Below, one piece after another: positions 12,700 through 25,758 of a stretch of 64,000 nt of DNA (its first letter is position 1; each line of letters begins with the position of its first letter). The notes below the pieces were generated by a model, which was given only the letters and a program-made list of their open reading frames with translations, had not been told where the DNA came from and ran no database searches. Both the position numbers and the translations under genes were made by a program. The stretch spans positions 2,480,001 through 2,544,000 of the forward strand of contig NC_042998.1 of the NCBI RefSeq assembly GCF_006345805.1. The letters are read 5' to 3'. The stretch comes from Octopus sinensis. Its lineage: Eukaryota.

Positions 12700-13780
12700 A
12701 AATCCTCGGAAACTGGAATCTGGGGGGGGGGGTTATGCAAATTCTATGCCCTAACAGAAACCATGCCAACGCACCATAATATAGACCTGTTCTTATATAT
12801 AAACTCCAAAGGCCCTAGAAAAGCTCATCCTTGATACCATTAACCTGCACCTTTATATTTCGAGTATAGATTCAGAATACTACAAGCCCAAAAAGCTTGA
12901 TAAACACCGCTTCAGCAGGATCGACAGAAAAACAAGCAAGCTCTATTTTTCTTGTCATCGACATCTACAAAGTTTTCCACTCCGGTCATTCATCATCTAT
13001 TATATAAAATCTGTTCTGTCTGTCTGTGTGTGTGTGTCTTCTAGGATCTCGGGCATCCTCCATCCGATTGCGCTCAAATTTGATATGTAGATATCGACGG
13101 TATCAGGGCGTGTATAAGTCTTGAAAAAATTGCAAAAATCGACTCCAGGTGAAAATAAGATCGATAAAGCCGTGGGAACGTGCATTTGTAAAATCGTTTT
13201 TCTTAGAATAGAAAAAAGTCTATCTTTATTTTTTCTTTTGCTGGTGTCTCAAATTTAGGTTAAATCAGTGTTTCTCAAAGGGGAGGCCTATGGGACGGTC
13301 GGACAAGTTGTTTTGAGAAAATTTGGTTTAAATGTTTGACAACTCAGCACCAACCATTGGACGGGGGGCGTTTTGCTCGTTGTTATATATAAATTAAACA
13401 GTTGACAACGTCTTAAGAAGCAACACAAAACTATAACCAGTAAATGATCGCCAAACTTGTGCAGATGACATTTACAACGCTTTTCTGCAACCTCTTACAG
13501 GCTATACAATATGCATCCTTTCTCTTACCTACGCTTTTTGACTTATACTAAATTCCTACATTTTTGCAAAACACACACGAGGTTCGTAGGTAGATAGAAC
13601 TATATTAACGTCTTTCTACCATTCCCCAAGCAAAACTATTTTAACCCTACATCAACCGCATAGGAACTTGATTGCAAAAAAGAAAAACGATTAGAAAATA
13701 ATACCTATCAAATCCATCATATCGTCTTACCAGCAACCAAAAAAGTATTACATTTAGCGACGTAAACAAGCATCAGAGGG
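12700..13780 (+). mobile_element. Old LINE RT remnant interrupted by a Helitron
   Basis: Traces ALEKLILDTINLHL, DIYKVF and CADDIY on either side of 12998-13385. Confidence 0.4.
12998..13385 (+). mobile_element. Non-autonomous Helitron-like element (second family)
   Basis: 5' TCTATTATATAAAA, (GTCT)n, CCGATT...AAATTT; degenerate 3' hairpin; partial inverse copy at 25060-25150. Confidence 0.6.
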
Positions 13781-13879
13781 TAACACACGCGCGCGCGCGT
13801 ATGCACGCAGATATATATACATACATACATTTATATAGATTCGTATATCCATATATGTATATATATAAACAGAAATAAT

Positions 13880-14410
13880 GGCTTCGAATTTTAGCAAAAG
13901 TCCAACAATTTAAGACAAGTAAGTTGATTGCATAGATCTTAATGTTCAACTAATACTTATTTTATCGACCCCTGAAAGCATGAATGGCAAAATCGACCTC
14001 ATCAACATTTCAATTCTAAACGTAAAGCCGTAAGAAATACCGCTAAGCATTTTGTTCGGTGTGCTAACGTTTCTTTCAATCTCGCCGCATGAGAGAACCA
14101 GCAAATAAAATGATAGTTGAAGAACAGCAACTGTCACACGTTCATTGAGTCAACCAGTTTCGAAGAATGAGTTAGAAAGAGCTTGGATAGAGACCCTTCA
14201 TACCAGTTGTGCGTGCGTGAGTTATTTCAGAATGGTAAATAACAAGTGAATAGGTGTTCGACCGGTACTTAGTTCTTTGACCTCAAAAGTAATGAAAGGC
14301 AACGACGACTTCCGCGGAATTTGTACTTAGAATGTAAACTGGAAGAAATAAGTAATCTGGTATGTATTTTGTTTGGCGTGCTAACGATTCTGTCAGCTCG
14401 CCGTCTTGAC
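13880..14410 (-). mobile_element. Two diverged SINE A copies (13880-14090 and 14265-14410)
   Basis: Core and head similarity. Confidence 0.7.
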
Positions 14411-14466
14411 AGCCAGAATAGTAATGGCTTCAAATGGCTCAAGGCCAGCAGTTTCAGGGGAAACTG

Positions 14467-14873
14467 TCTCTCTTTACTCTTTTACTTGTTTCAGTCATTT
14501 TGACTGCGGCCATGCTGGAGCACCGCCTTTAATCGAGCAACTCGACCCCAGGACTTATTCTTTGTAAGCCCAGTACTTATTCTATCGGTCTGTTTTGCCG
14601 AACCGCTAAGTGACGGGGACATAAACATGCCAGCATCGGTTGTCAAGCAATGCTAGGGGGACAAACACAGACACACAATTTACACGCACACATATATATA
14701 TACATATATACGACGGGCTTCTTTCAGTTTCCGTCTACCAAATCCACTCACAAGGCTTTGGGCGGTCCAGGACTATAGCAGAAGACACTTACCCAAGGTG
14801 CCACGCAGTGGGACTGAACCCGGAACCATGTGGTTGGTAAGCAAGCTACTTACCACACATCCACTCCTGCGCC
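14467..14873 (-). mobile_element. SINE family C, full length (CORE-like)
   Basis: Head GGCGCAGGAGTGG..., CACCTTGGGTAAGTGTCTT, tail (AAAAGAGT)n. Confidence 0.9.
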
Positions 14874-14894
14874 TATAGAAAGAGTAAGGAGATT

Positions 14895-15265
14895 ATGCAA
14901 ATGCTGCACTGGTACTTATTTTGTCAACCCCGAATTGATGAAAGGCAAAGTCAACCTCGGTGGAACTCAGAACATAAAGACGGATGAAACGCCGTTAAGC
15001 ATTTTGTCCGGCATGTCAACGATTCTGCCTGCTCGCCACCTTAACACTAATAATAATTATGGTTTCAAATTTTGGCACAAGGCCAGTAATTTCGAGGAAG
15101 CGGGTAAGTCGATTACGCCAGTGTTGTACTGATACTTATTTTGTCGACCTCGAAAGGACGAAGGGCAAAGTCGACTTCGGCGGCATTTGGACTCGTAAAG
15201 ATGTTACGAAATGCCGCTAAGCATTTTGCCTGACGTGCTAACGATTCTGCCAGCTCACCGCCTTA
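14895..15265 (-). mobile_element. Two adjacent SINE A copies
   Basis: Two heads (about 15040 and 15263) with cores. Confidence 0.8.
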
Positions 15266-15544
15266 GCAACAGTCATTATTTCGATGTCACTTATTGCTAT
15301 TACTGTTAGAACTCAAGGTATCCACAACACCAGCCAATAAGTAGTTAAAAATAATAAACGTGACGTCAGTTACATTAGTTATATCTAAAGTATAAACTCA
15401 TACTAATTACGAAAACTAAATTTCCGGATGGATTTGGGTTTTTTTTTTGTTTTCTCCTTCCCGCAGTTCCATCTACATAAAAATTTGGGATTTTATGTTT
15501 TTAGGTTTCTACTTTCATGTTTCAAATTTTATGTTCAACAACTA

Positions 15545-15551
15545 CCAGCAA

Positions 15552-15597
<46 letters not shown>

Positions 15598-15623
15598 TAA
15601 TATAATAATAAATAATAATAATA

Positions 15624-15712
<89 letters not shown>
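15545..15712. repeat. (AAT)n microsatellite
   Basis: Direct reading. Confidence 0.95.
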
Positions 15713-16085
15713 GCAAAAAGAAACTAACTGCAAAATCTATTTTACGTAGATGGGTTAACAATGCATTTATATTTATAGTGTAGGTCATACATATTTTTAA
15801 ATGTGTTAGCAAACAAGGGGTATGTGGCTGTCAAAGTAATTAAGTTTTTATGACTACAATTTTACATATTTTCTCCGGTTTTTGTTTTTCTTTTTTGCCT
15901 TTGTTTTTTCGTTGTTTTTTTTGTTTTATTTTGTTGTTTTTTTATCTTTCTATTAACTGCAGTGTTTATCACTAGAACATCACAGCTATTCATCCCTTGA
16001 CGCCCTTTCAACAAACGGATGTTCGCTGCAACAACACGAGCATAGATCGTTTTTTTGTTTTTTTTAAATGCCTTTCAATTTTTAC

Positions 16086-16239
16086 CATCCAAGGTTTCGA
16101 AACTTGCTTCAAAGATGTCACCATGTAAACTCTGATCTGATGTGATATAATAATTTGTTTTTCTAAATCGAAATGCTGACAAACTCTCTGATATCAGTCC
16201 CCTGAAAATCGTCCCTGATTCTATGTTATACATCTCGTT
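16086..16239 (-). CDS. Candidate internal exon (154 nt, phase 0-1)
   Basis: ttttag acceptor and GATG/gtaaaa donor; NEMYNIESGTIFRGLISESLSAFRFRKTNYYITSDQSLHGDIFEASFETLD; in-frame stops lie just outside both splice sites. Confidence 0.3.
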
Positions 16240-16342
16240 CTAAAAATTTTAGGAAGTTTTAAGGTATAATGCCATCTTACTAACGATGTGTAAAACATTA
16301 TAATGTGTATGTGTGTGTGTGTATAAATAAATGTACACACAC

Positions 16343-16372
<30 letters not shown>

Positions 16373-16373
<1 letters not shown>

Positions 16374-16600
16374 GCGAGCTGGCAGAAACGTTAGCACGCT
16401 GGGCGAAATGCGTAGCTGTATTTCGTCTGTCGTCACGTTCCGAGTTCAAATTCCGCCGAGGTCGACTTTGCCTTTCATCCTTTCGGGGTCGATAAATTAA
16501 GTACCAGTTACACACTGGGGTCGATATAATCGACTTAATCCGTTTGTCTGTCCTTGTTTGTCCTGTCTGTGTTTAGCTCCTTGTGGGTAGTAAAGAAATA
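16373..16600 (+). mobile_element. SINE family A
   Basis: Head, core and one unit tail. Confidence 0.9.
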
Positions 16601-16639
16601 AATATATATTATATATATTATATATATATATATATTAAT

Positions 16640-17338
16640 CAATAATAATAAAGGGTAAAATTAATTAATAATTAATAATTTTACGAAGTAGTTCAGTATG
16701 TTAAAAGAACCATTATCGGTAAACTTATACAAAAATTCTCTAATTATGAGCATAATTATATTTAGGGTTCAGCAAAATATGCTTCACCACATACCGAAAT
16801 TTAGAAATAGCAGTTAAAATACTCTTCTGCTACTATAAGATATCTCCCAGACAACAATACTCAACAACTCATGCAGGTAAAGAGAAAGAAATAACGAATC
16901 TACCCGGCTTTGCTAAACTGTATACGCGTTTCGGGGTTAGAGAGATGTAAAAAATGTAAAATCATATTTCTACTCACTCATTCCCTTTGTCAGTAGAGTA
17001 TTTCAAATTTTTAATTTGAGAGCACTGATAATTAACATACGTATTCGACCAAGCGCCATAACATTTGAAATACTCTACTGACGAAGGGAATGAGTGAGTA
17101 GAAATATAGTTTTACATTTTTTTTCATCTCCCTAACCCCGAAACGCGTATACAGTTTAGCAAAGCCGGGTGGATTTGTTATTTTTTTCTCTTTTCCTGCG
17201 TGAGTTGTTGAGTATTGCTGTCTAGGAGATATCTTATGGTAGTGGAATAGTATTTTAACTGCTATTTCTAAATTTCGGTTTGTGGTGAAGCAATTTTGCT
17301 GAACCCTAATTATAATCATGCTTATAATTATAGAATTG
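16640..17338. mobile_element. Penelope-like inverted terminal-repeat pair with hammerhead motifs
   Basis: Imperfect ~275-bp arms at 16734-17007 and 17063-17338 with a 55-nt spacer. Confidence 0.7.
17072..17155 (+). ncRNA. Type I hammerhead-like ribozyme
   Basis: ACTCTA-CTGACGA-a-GGG...CCC-GAAAC-GC-GTA-TACAGT; palindromic helix III ACGCGT. Confidence 0.6.
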
Positions 17339-17413
17339 TTGTATACATATATATATATATAATTGGTGAATTGAAGAAATGGAGCTGAACGCAGATTGAA
17401 CAGAAATCGTTTT

Positions 17414-17505
17414 ATTTCATTCTACACGTGTTTCGAAAGGCACAATTTACCAAAATCCGATTGAATAATGGGACCATATTGTGTCTTTCTCTTCAGGAAG
17501 AAAAT
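17414..17505 (-). ncRNA. Type I hammerhead ribozyme (minus strand)
   Basis: TTC-CTGAAGA-GAAAGACACAAT...ATTGTGCCTTTC-GAAACACGTGTA-GAA. Confidence 0.8.
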
Positions 17506-17600
17506 AGGAAATCCGTTGGAAAAAACAAAAACAGAACAGAGGCGGAGCAAAAACAAATCTCCGCCTCTGTTCTGTTTTTGTTTTTTCCAACGGATTTCCT

Positions 17601-17690
17601 ATTTCTTCCTGAAGAGAAAACACAATATGGTCCCATTATTCAATCGGATTTTGGTAAATTGTGCCTTTCGAAACACGTGTAGAATGAAAT
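17601..17690 (+). ncRNA. Type I hammerhead ribozyme (plus strand)
   Basis: CTGAAGA at 17609-17615, GAAA at 17670-17673, GUA at 17679-17681; helix I ATTTCTTC/GAATGAAAT. Confidence 0.8.
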
Positions 17691-17897
17691 AAAACGATTT
17701 CTGTTCAATCTGCGTTCAGCTCCATTTCTTCAATTCACCAATAACATTTTAATTTCAATTATCCGCACCAACGCACGGTTGCAACACCATATGGTTGTAC
17801 CTCCAACCGTGCTGTTTACTGCTGTGATTTTTGCTAATAAGGTATCGGTTAAACTTTTGATTAATCTACTACAAGATTATTCATCTTTCTATTGCAC

Positions 17898-17935
<38 letters not shown>

Positions 17936-20034
17936 GAAAGGTGCTGTTTGTAACACAAGCACAAGGCCATACATCTATGGGGTTTGGGGAACAGTTGATT
18001 AATTTGATCATTGACACTTTAATTCATTAAGCAAGAAGGAATGAAAGAATAAGTTGATCTTGGCTGGATTTGAATTCAAAACGCAAAGAGCTGGAACAAA
18101 TTCCGGGAGGTGCTCGCCTGGCGCTCCACCGCTTTTAGCATTCTAATTTTGTTTAATGGTTTAGATGAGAAACGGCAGCTTTTATGGCCTTTAATTGAGC
18201 CTTCTGCTTGATAAAAAAAATTGTAACGCGTAGATTTCTGCTGTAGTAATTGGAGGGCATGAAAAATACTGAGTGGATTCGCGGACTAGATCCGAATATC
18301 GCAAGAGTGAGCTCTGCAGAAAATACCCTACGACCTGATCGTGGTGGTTGTGGTAGTGGTGGTGGTGGTGGTGGTGGTGTTAAACCGAACCAGAATGAAG
18401 TGTACCATTTAAGAACATGTTGTCAGTGCTTCTACCATTTTAGTACCTGTGCTTATACAATTTTTTACTTGTCCTTCTACCATTTTGGTACCGATACTTC
18501 TACTCCTTTTGTTATACCAGTTTTCTTTAACTAGTTGATGATGAAACATTTTTTATGCTAGAATTCGTGCCATCTATTGCAAAAGCTGCGTATAAAGAAT
18601 TTAAGTTCAGCAATGTCTGTTGATGACTTTCTTAATAATTACAGAATAATTACAAAGATGCAGCACGGAATTTTGTCAGTGAACAGGTTGTGGTCTCAAA
18701 GCAATGAAAATATTTTGACAAATTAAATTTAAATGTTGAAGTGAATCTAACGGATTTTGTGTGTTTCTTAAATGGCTTATAAACATCTTCCACGCTACAA
18801 TTGTTTTCGTGCCAGCACTCGATCTCAGACCAGGTCACTTGCTATGCAAGTACATCTCCGTAATACAGAATAATCATTGCCTACAAGTACTCTATTGGTA
18901 ATTGAGTGCCTTTACCAACTTTAAGAGAGAAGAATAAAATTTTAAAGACTTTGGGGTGGTAATTCTAGCAGAGCCTTCTTTGTTGACTTTCAGAATAGCA
19001 TTTGTTTACTTTACATTGCACTGTCCACTGTTATGCCCATCTGAAAAATCCTGGTGGCAGTTGTGCATAAATAGAGAATAGCTGCCTAGACTATTATACT
19101 TCACCCGATACGGCTCGCCATTGCATATCAGAGTGTGCAAGTGTGATGATTCATTTCTACATTTTGAAGTGTGCAATGTGATTCTCAGTTAGGTGACAGT
19201 GTGCTGCATCTAGAATCATGCACCTATGGATTGTAACTTAATCGTTTGAACCTCGACCGTGCGAGCAAAGAACCAGAGCTGACTGGGGACCATATCACCA
19301 TCACAACAATAACGGACGTCTTTATACGAAAAACAGCGTAACGCTGGTGATGGAATGTGAACCGTCATTCCATCCCATCGAGGGGTAGACCAGAACTTAA
19401 TTACTCATTAACTCGATATTCCAGCTAATGATAGCCATTTCGATGTTGATGTTTTAATCCCTAATTGTTCAGTTGTCATTTTGGTGTGTGGGTTTTGGTG
19501 AGTATAATGTTTACGAACATATTTTCTGTCAGACTGCAGATTAATGTATATTCCAGGAATCTCTATGAAATTTATCCTAAGTGCTCATATTTAATGGCAA
19601 ACAGCAGCATCTATAGAGCACTGCAAACAGATTTCCCACGACTATCTTCCTTTCGTGGGCCAGGTCGTTTCTGACCTTGGCACGATTAAAGCAAAAAAAA
19701 AAAAATGTAATGCAAGGGGTTTTCTCTGTTCTCAAATGACTCCATTCTTACAGAATATAAAATGTAAAAACAGGCAAAACAAAAACAAAAGCGACTGCAA
19801 ATTGAAATGGAGAGAAGGGGGAGAGGACGATAGCGAAAAATAAAACATTCTGATAATGTTACCCTTTGTTTAAAGCGAAAAGATACCAAAGAACCACCCA
19901 CTGACATTAGCAAACCACGCATTGGTTGCATCAGTTTCGGATATCTGAAGAGGGTAAATTTTTTCCTTTTTCTATATCGCCAACTCATCTAAATGAATTT
20001 GCAATGCTAAATAAGCATCACCTCACCCTCCCAA

Positions 20035-20830
<796 letters not shown>

Positions 20831-21114
20831 TATATATTATATTGCCAATGATGGTGTGAAATAAGAATATCAGTTGCTTTTCACATAATGATAACAATAC
20901 AATGTATACGATGATGATAGCATGCAACGTCTGTTTGGAAGCATGTAATATCTGATAATAGTACGAAACCTCTGATGATAGCATAGAGAACCTGTTGATA
21001 GCATGTAGCATTTGATGCTAGTATGAATTACGTTGTGGCAGCCATGAAACATGTTGTAATGATAATGCTAGTGACCTTGTTGTTGTTGTTGTGGCTGCTG
21101 CTGCTGTTACCGTA

Positions 21115-21545
21115 TCTGGGGCAGCGAGCTGGTTAGAATCGCTGGCGCATCCAGCAGAGTTGCTTAACGGCGTTTCACCCGGCCTTGTGTTCTGATTTCA
21201 AATTCCTTCGAGTTCAACTTTGTCTTTCATATTTTCGTGGTCGATAAAGTAAGTACCAGTCGAGCACTGGCGTCGATATTATTGACCAGCCGCTTCAGGC
21301 CTTGTGCCTATAAGTGAAAGTTTTAATAAGGTGACCAGCAGGCAGAATTGTTAACGCACCGGACAAAATGTTTAACAGCATTTCTTTCGGTTTTACGTTC
21401 TGAGTTCAAATTCTGCCAAGGTCAGTTTTCTTTTCCTTTCATCCTTTCCAAATCGATAAAATAGCATCTGTTGAGCACTGGGGTTGATGTCAATGTCTAG
21501 CCTTCCCCACAAAATTTCAGACCGTGTACCTATAGTAGAAAGGAT
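21115..21545 (+). mobile_element. Two diverged SINE A copies
   Basis: Heads near 21120 and 21335 with cores. Confidence 0.75.
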
Positions 21546-22031
21546 TATTATTATTGTAGTTTGACACTAAGTGGACCTCGTCTAATTAATGACTTGTCCA
21601 GAAGACGTATCACCAAATGTACATGAATATACACTCTTTTCCTTTATTAAAATGCTAAATTGTGTATTAAGGGAGATTTGGGTACTATTTCTAGCAGGTT
21701 GTTCAAGCCACTAGGCGGTGTTTTCGTTATCTATCCGCTGGTATGAAATTTGAGAGTAAAATGTTACATCTGGCAGTTAAATGTTATGTTGTAATATTCT
21801 ACAGCTAATAGTGGGAAAAAAACTGCAGATAATAACAAAATGTTAACGCTACAGCTGGTTGTTAGATGCATGATCTAATTGTAAAATTATTACATACATC
21901 ACTATACAACACATATCAGAGTAATAAGGAACATCTGATGATCAGATGCCAGATTCAATGGTTACAATATTACATGTAAATGGGAAAAGGAAACCAAAGA
22001 TAAAAGACTGAAACATACTGTTTACGTTTGT

Positions 22032-22414
22032 GGAGGGGCAATGGCCCAGTGGTTAGGGCAGCGGACTCGCGATCCTATGACCGCGGTTTCGATTCCCAGA
22101 CCGGGCGTTGTGAGTGTTTATTGAGCGAAAACACCTAAAAGCTCCACGAGGCTCCGGCAGGGGATGGTGGTGATCCCTGCTGTACTCTTTCACCACAACT
22201 TTCTCTCACTCTTACTTCCTGTTTCTGTTGTACCTGTACTTCAAAGGGCCGGCCTTGTCACTCTCTGTGTCACGCTGAATATCCCCGAGAACTACGTTAA
22301 GGGTACACGTGTCTGTGGAGTGCTCAGCCACTTACACGTTAATTTCACGAGCAGGCTGTTCCGTTGATTCGGATCAACCGGAACCCTCATCGTCGTAACC
22401 TACGGAGTTCTTCC
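22032..22414 (+). mobile_element. tRNA-derived SINE family B
   Basis: A box TGGCCCAGTGG and B-box-like GTTTCGATTCC; near-identical to 33394-33770 and 50279-50659. Confidence 0.92.
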
Positions 22415-22459
22415 ACGCTGTTTACGTTTTATATCTTTTATCGTTCATTTTTTTTTTCA

Positions 22460-22900
22460 TCTTTTACTTACTTCAGTCATTGGACAGCGGCCATGCTTGG
22501 GCCACCGCCTTGAAGGGTTTTAGTCGAACAAATATTCATTCTTGCACTGATTTTTTTCAAATCTAGAACCTATTCTAACGGCCTCTTTTGCCGAACTGCT
22601 AGGTTATGGAGATGTAAACCAACCAATACTGGTTGTCAAATAGAGGGAGGTTTACAGACACAAACAAAAAGACTCACACACACACGAACATTTACACACA
22701 TACACACACAGATTCACACTCACACACACACGCATACACATACATATACGATGGGTTTCCACACCTTTTCCGTTGTCCAAATTCACTTACAATGCATTGG
22801 TTGGTCCAGGTCTCTAGCAGAAGAGATTTTCTTAAGGTACTGCACAGAGGAACTGAACCTGAAACGATGCAGCTGCAAAGCGAGCTTCTTAACTATGCAC
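22460..22900 (-). mobile_element. SINE family C, diverged
   Basis: Body and tail similarity. Confidence 0.65.
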
Positions 22901-22919
22901 ATAATCAGCAAAATTTTCA

Positions 22920-23295
22920 TTGCCTCCTTCCCAGTTCTCTCTCTTTCTCGTCTTCTCATTCTTTTCTTCCTCATCTTCTTTTCCACATCTCAATCAGTTC
23001 TGTCCTCTTCATCCATTCTTGCTTCTGCACCAATCATTTTTATTTTCCTACCATCGATCCCTCTTTTCGTTTGACTTGCCTCCCTTTCTTTACATTCTTC
23101 TTTCTCTCTTCCTTTATCTCTCTTTCTCTAACCCTTTTCCTTTCTTGCTCAATGACGCCTTAACAAATCTGATTTCCAGTTTTTTTCTTCTTCATTTGCC
23201 ACTCTCTTTTTTTATACTTTCCTTACATGCTCTATCCTTCAATTTCCATACATTCCCTTCTCTCTCCCTTTCTCTCTCTCTCTCTTTCTTTCTTT

Positions 23296-23327
<32 letters not shown>

Positions 23328-23530
23328 CTCCTTCCCTCTCTCTCTCTCTCATTTCTCTATCTTTCTGTATCTATTTATTCTACTTTCTCTCTCTCTTTCT
23401 CTCCCTTCTCTCTCTCTCTCTCTCGCTGTGTGTCCCTCTCCTCTGCTCTCTTTCTCTATCTCTCTCTCCCTCCCTCATTTTCTCTATCTTTCTGTATCTA
23501 TTTCTTCTGTTCTCTCTCTCTCTCTCTCCT

Positions 23531-23561
<31 letters not shown>

Positions 23562-23600
23562 CTATATATATACATACCTTCCCCCTCTCTCGATCTATCT
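22920..23600. repeat. CT-rich low-complexity tract
   Basis: Direct reading. Confidence 0.9.
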
Positions 23601-24213
23601 ATCTGTCAATACAGTCAAACGTGAGGGGTAAAACGTACGAGGAAGAATATTCCAAAGAACAAGAAGTAACCGTTATAACTCTACCCCACCCACGCAGTGG
23701 GATCGAAACCTAAACCACTTGGTTACTAAGATTATTTCTTAAACGTGTTTTCTTATCGAAGTACTATTAACTCGTTGGCATTTATCCTCCCGCAGACTGT
23801 GGTCTACAACCAGAAATGACAGGTCTATTCAGCAACTGACGTTAAATAACTCAGCTAAGAATTAACTTATGTTGCGAACAAAAGCATACAACTCACCTTC
23901 ATTCCATATTCTTTGCACATTGTTTATTTTACTGATCCGTAACATTACAGTTTGAAAGATCTCCAGTTTAAATGTTATTTTTCTTTTCATTTATTTCAAA
24001 AATGCAGATCCATAACAAATAGACATATATATATAGGGAGAGTTTACGAAAGAAACAAAAGACGAAGACGGGTGGTGTACAAAACAAACAGATGTATTAG
24101 TATAACGCTCAGGAAGAGAAAAAGTCTTCTACGTTTCGAGCCTACGCTCTTCTACAGAAAGAGACACAGAAAAAACAAAGAGAGAAAAAAATGTGTGTAG
24201 TGGCTAACGATCT

Positions 24214-24252
<39 letters not shown>

Positions 24253-24289
24253 TAACAGAGACACCCAGCCTTGCTCGAGATTAAATGGC

Positions 24290-24568
24290 ATAGTTTTTTT
24301 TTGTTTTACTTGTTTCAGTCATATGAGTGCGGCCATGATGGAGCACCATCACTGGTCGAGCAAATCGACCACAGGATTTATTCTTTATAGGCCTAGTACT
24401 TATTCTATCAGTGTCTTTTGCCAAAACGCTAAGTTATAGGAACGTAAGCAATGCAACATCGGTTGTCAAGCAATGATTGTCAAACACACGAATATACACA
24501 CATATGCGACAGTCCTCTTTCAGTTTCCGTGTACGAAATCCACTCACAAGGCTTTGATCGGCCTGAGG

Positions 24569-24570
<2 letters not shown>
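24290..24570 (-). mobile_element. SINE family C, partial
   Basis: 3' two-thirds match. Confidence 0.65.
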
Positions 24571-24618
<48 letters not shown>

Positions 24619-24659
24619 GTGTGTGTGTGTGTGTGTGTGTGTATGTATATATATATACC

Positions 24660-24716
<57 letters not shown>

Positions 24717-25059
24717 CCATATGTATATATATATACACATATATATACATATATATATAACATATACATATGCATATATATATATATACTTGAAAAAGAA
24801 TGCGTGGCGTTCGATCATATAATAATATAAATAATATATAAATATATGCATATATACATACATATATGTATATACCAACATATATATGTATATATACATG
24901 CATATAAGGGTACAGGACTTCAAAAAAAAGTCGAACACAATGAGAAACGAAAACATAAAAACAAAAACATAGAAACGAACTTTTTTCAAACAACGAAAAA
25001 ACGGAGAAACGAGACATGCAACATAAGGAATATTCCCCTTCTTCAGTTGTCCCTTTCAT

Positions 25060-25148
25060 CGACTCCGCGTTAAAATTTCAGTGCGATCGGATGAACAATA
25101 CTCGAGTTATAAGCACGCAAGCAGACAGACAGACAGACAGAACAGATT

Positions 25149-25150
<2 letters not shown>
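25060..25150 (-). mobile_element. Helitron-like 5' fragment
   Basis: Inverse match to 12998-13085. Confidence 0.55.
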
Positions 25151-25242
<92 letters not shown>

Positions 25243-25330
25243 TATATACATAAATATATACACATATATGTACACACACATACGCACACACACAATATAT
25301 ATATGTATGATATATATATATATATATATA

Positions 25331-25382
<52 letters not shown>

Positions 25383-25700
25383 GCGGAGACAGAGAGGAGG
25401 GAGATTTTGCTCCGTGAAGAGCAACACGTAACCGAAGTTCAGGCTCAGAAGGCAGTCTCACACTCTGCTCCTGTACCCGTTGCAGTACGACGCAAGGTAC
25501 TAGCCTGTCTCCTGATAGGCTTGTGTGCAGAATATGAGTTACGTTATAACATTAATAAAATACAGAGACTTAGTGTCGTAAAGCTTTATACTTATTGCTG
25601 AACACTGGCAACGCAATTTTGACAGCTATTATGTAGTCATGACGGCAATCTAACAGAACCTGTGCATGCTCTATAAAACTTTGAATACTTTCTTAATACC

Positions 25701-25755
<55 letters not shown>

Positions 25756-25758
<3 letters not shown>

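Larger units (their letters stand above)
17362..17897 (+). mobile_element. Palindromic double-hammerhead element, copy 1 (probably Penelope-derived, non-autonomous)
   Basis: Arms 17362-17547 and 17559-17742, 11-nt loop, ~155-bp single-copy tail, (TA)n on both sides; copy 2 at 47939-48479. Confidence 0.85.

Noticed and set aside
14128-14216. PH-domain-like SKNELERAWIETLHTSCAC before a GTGAGT donor
   Set aside because: No convincing acceptor, short, and sandwiched between SINEs
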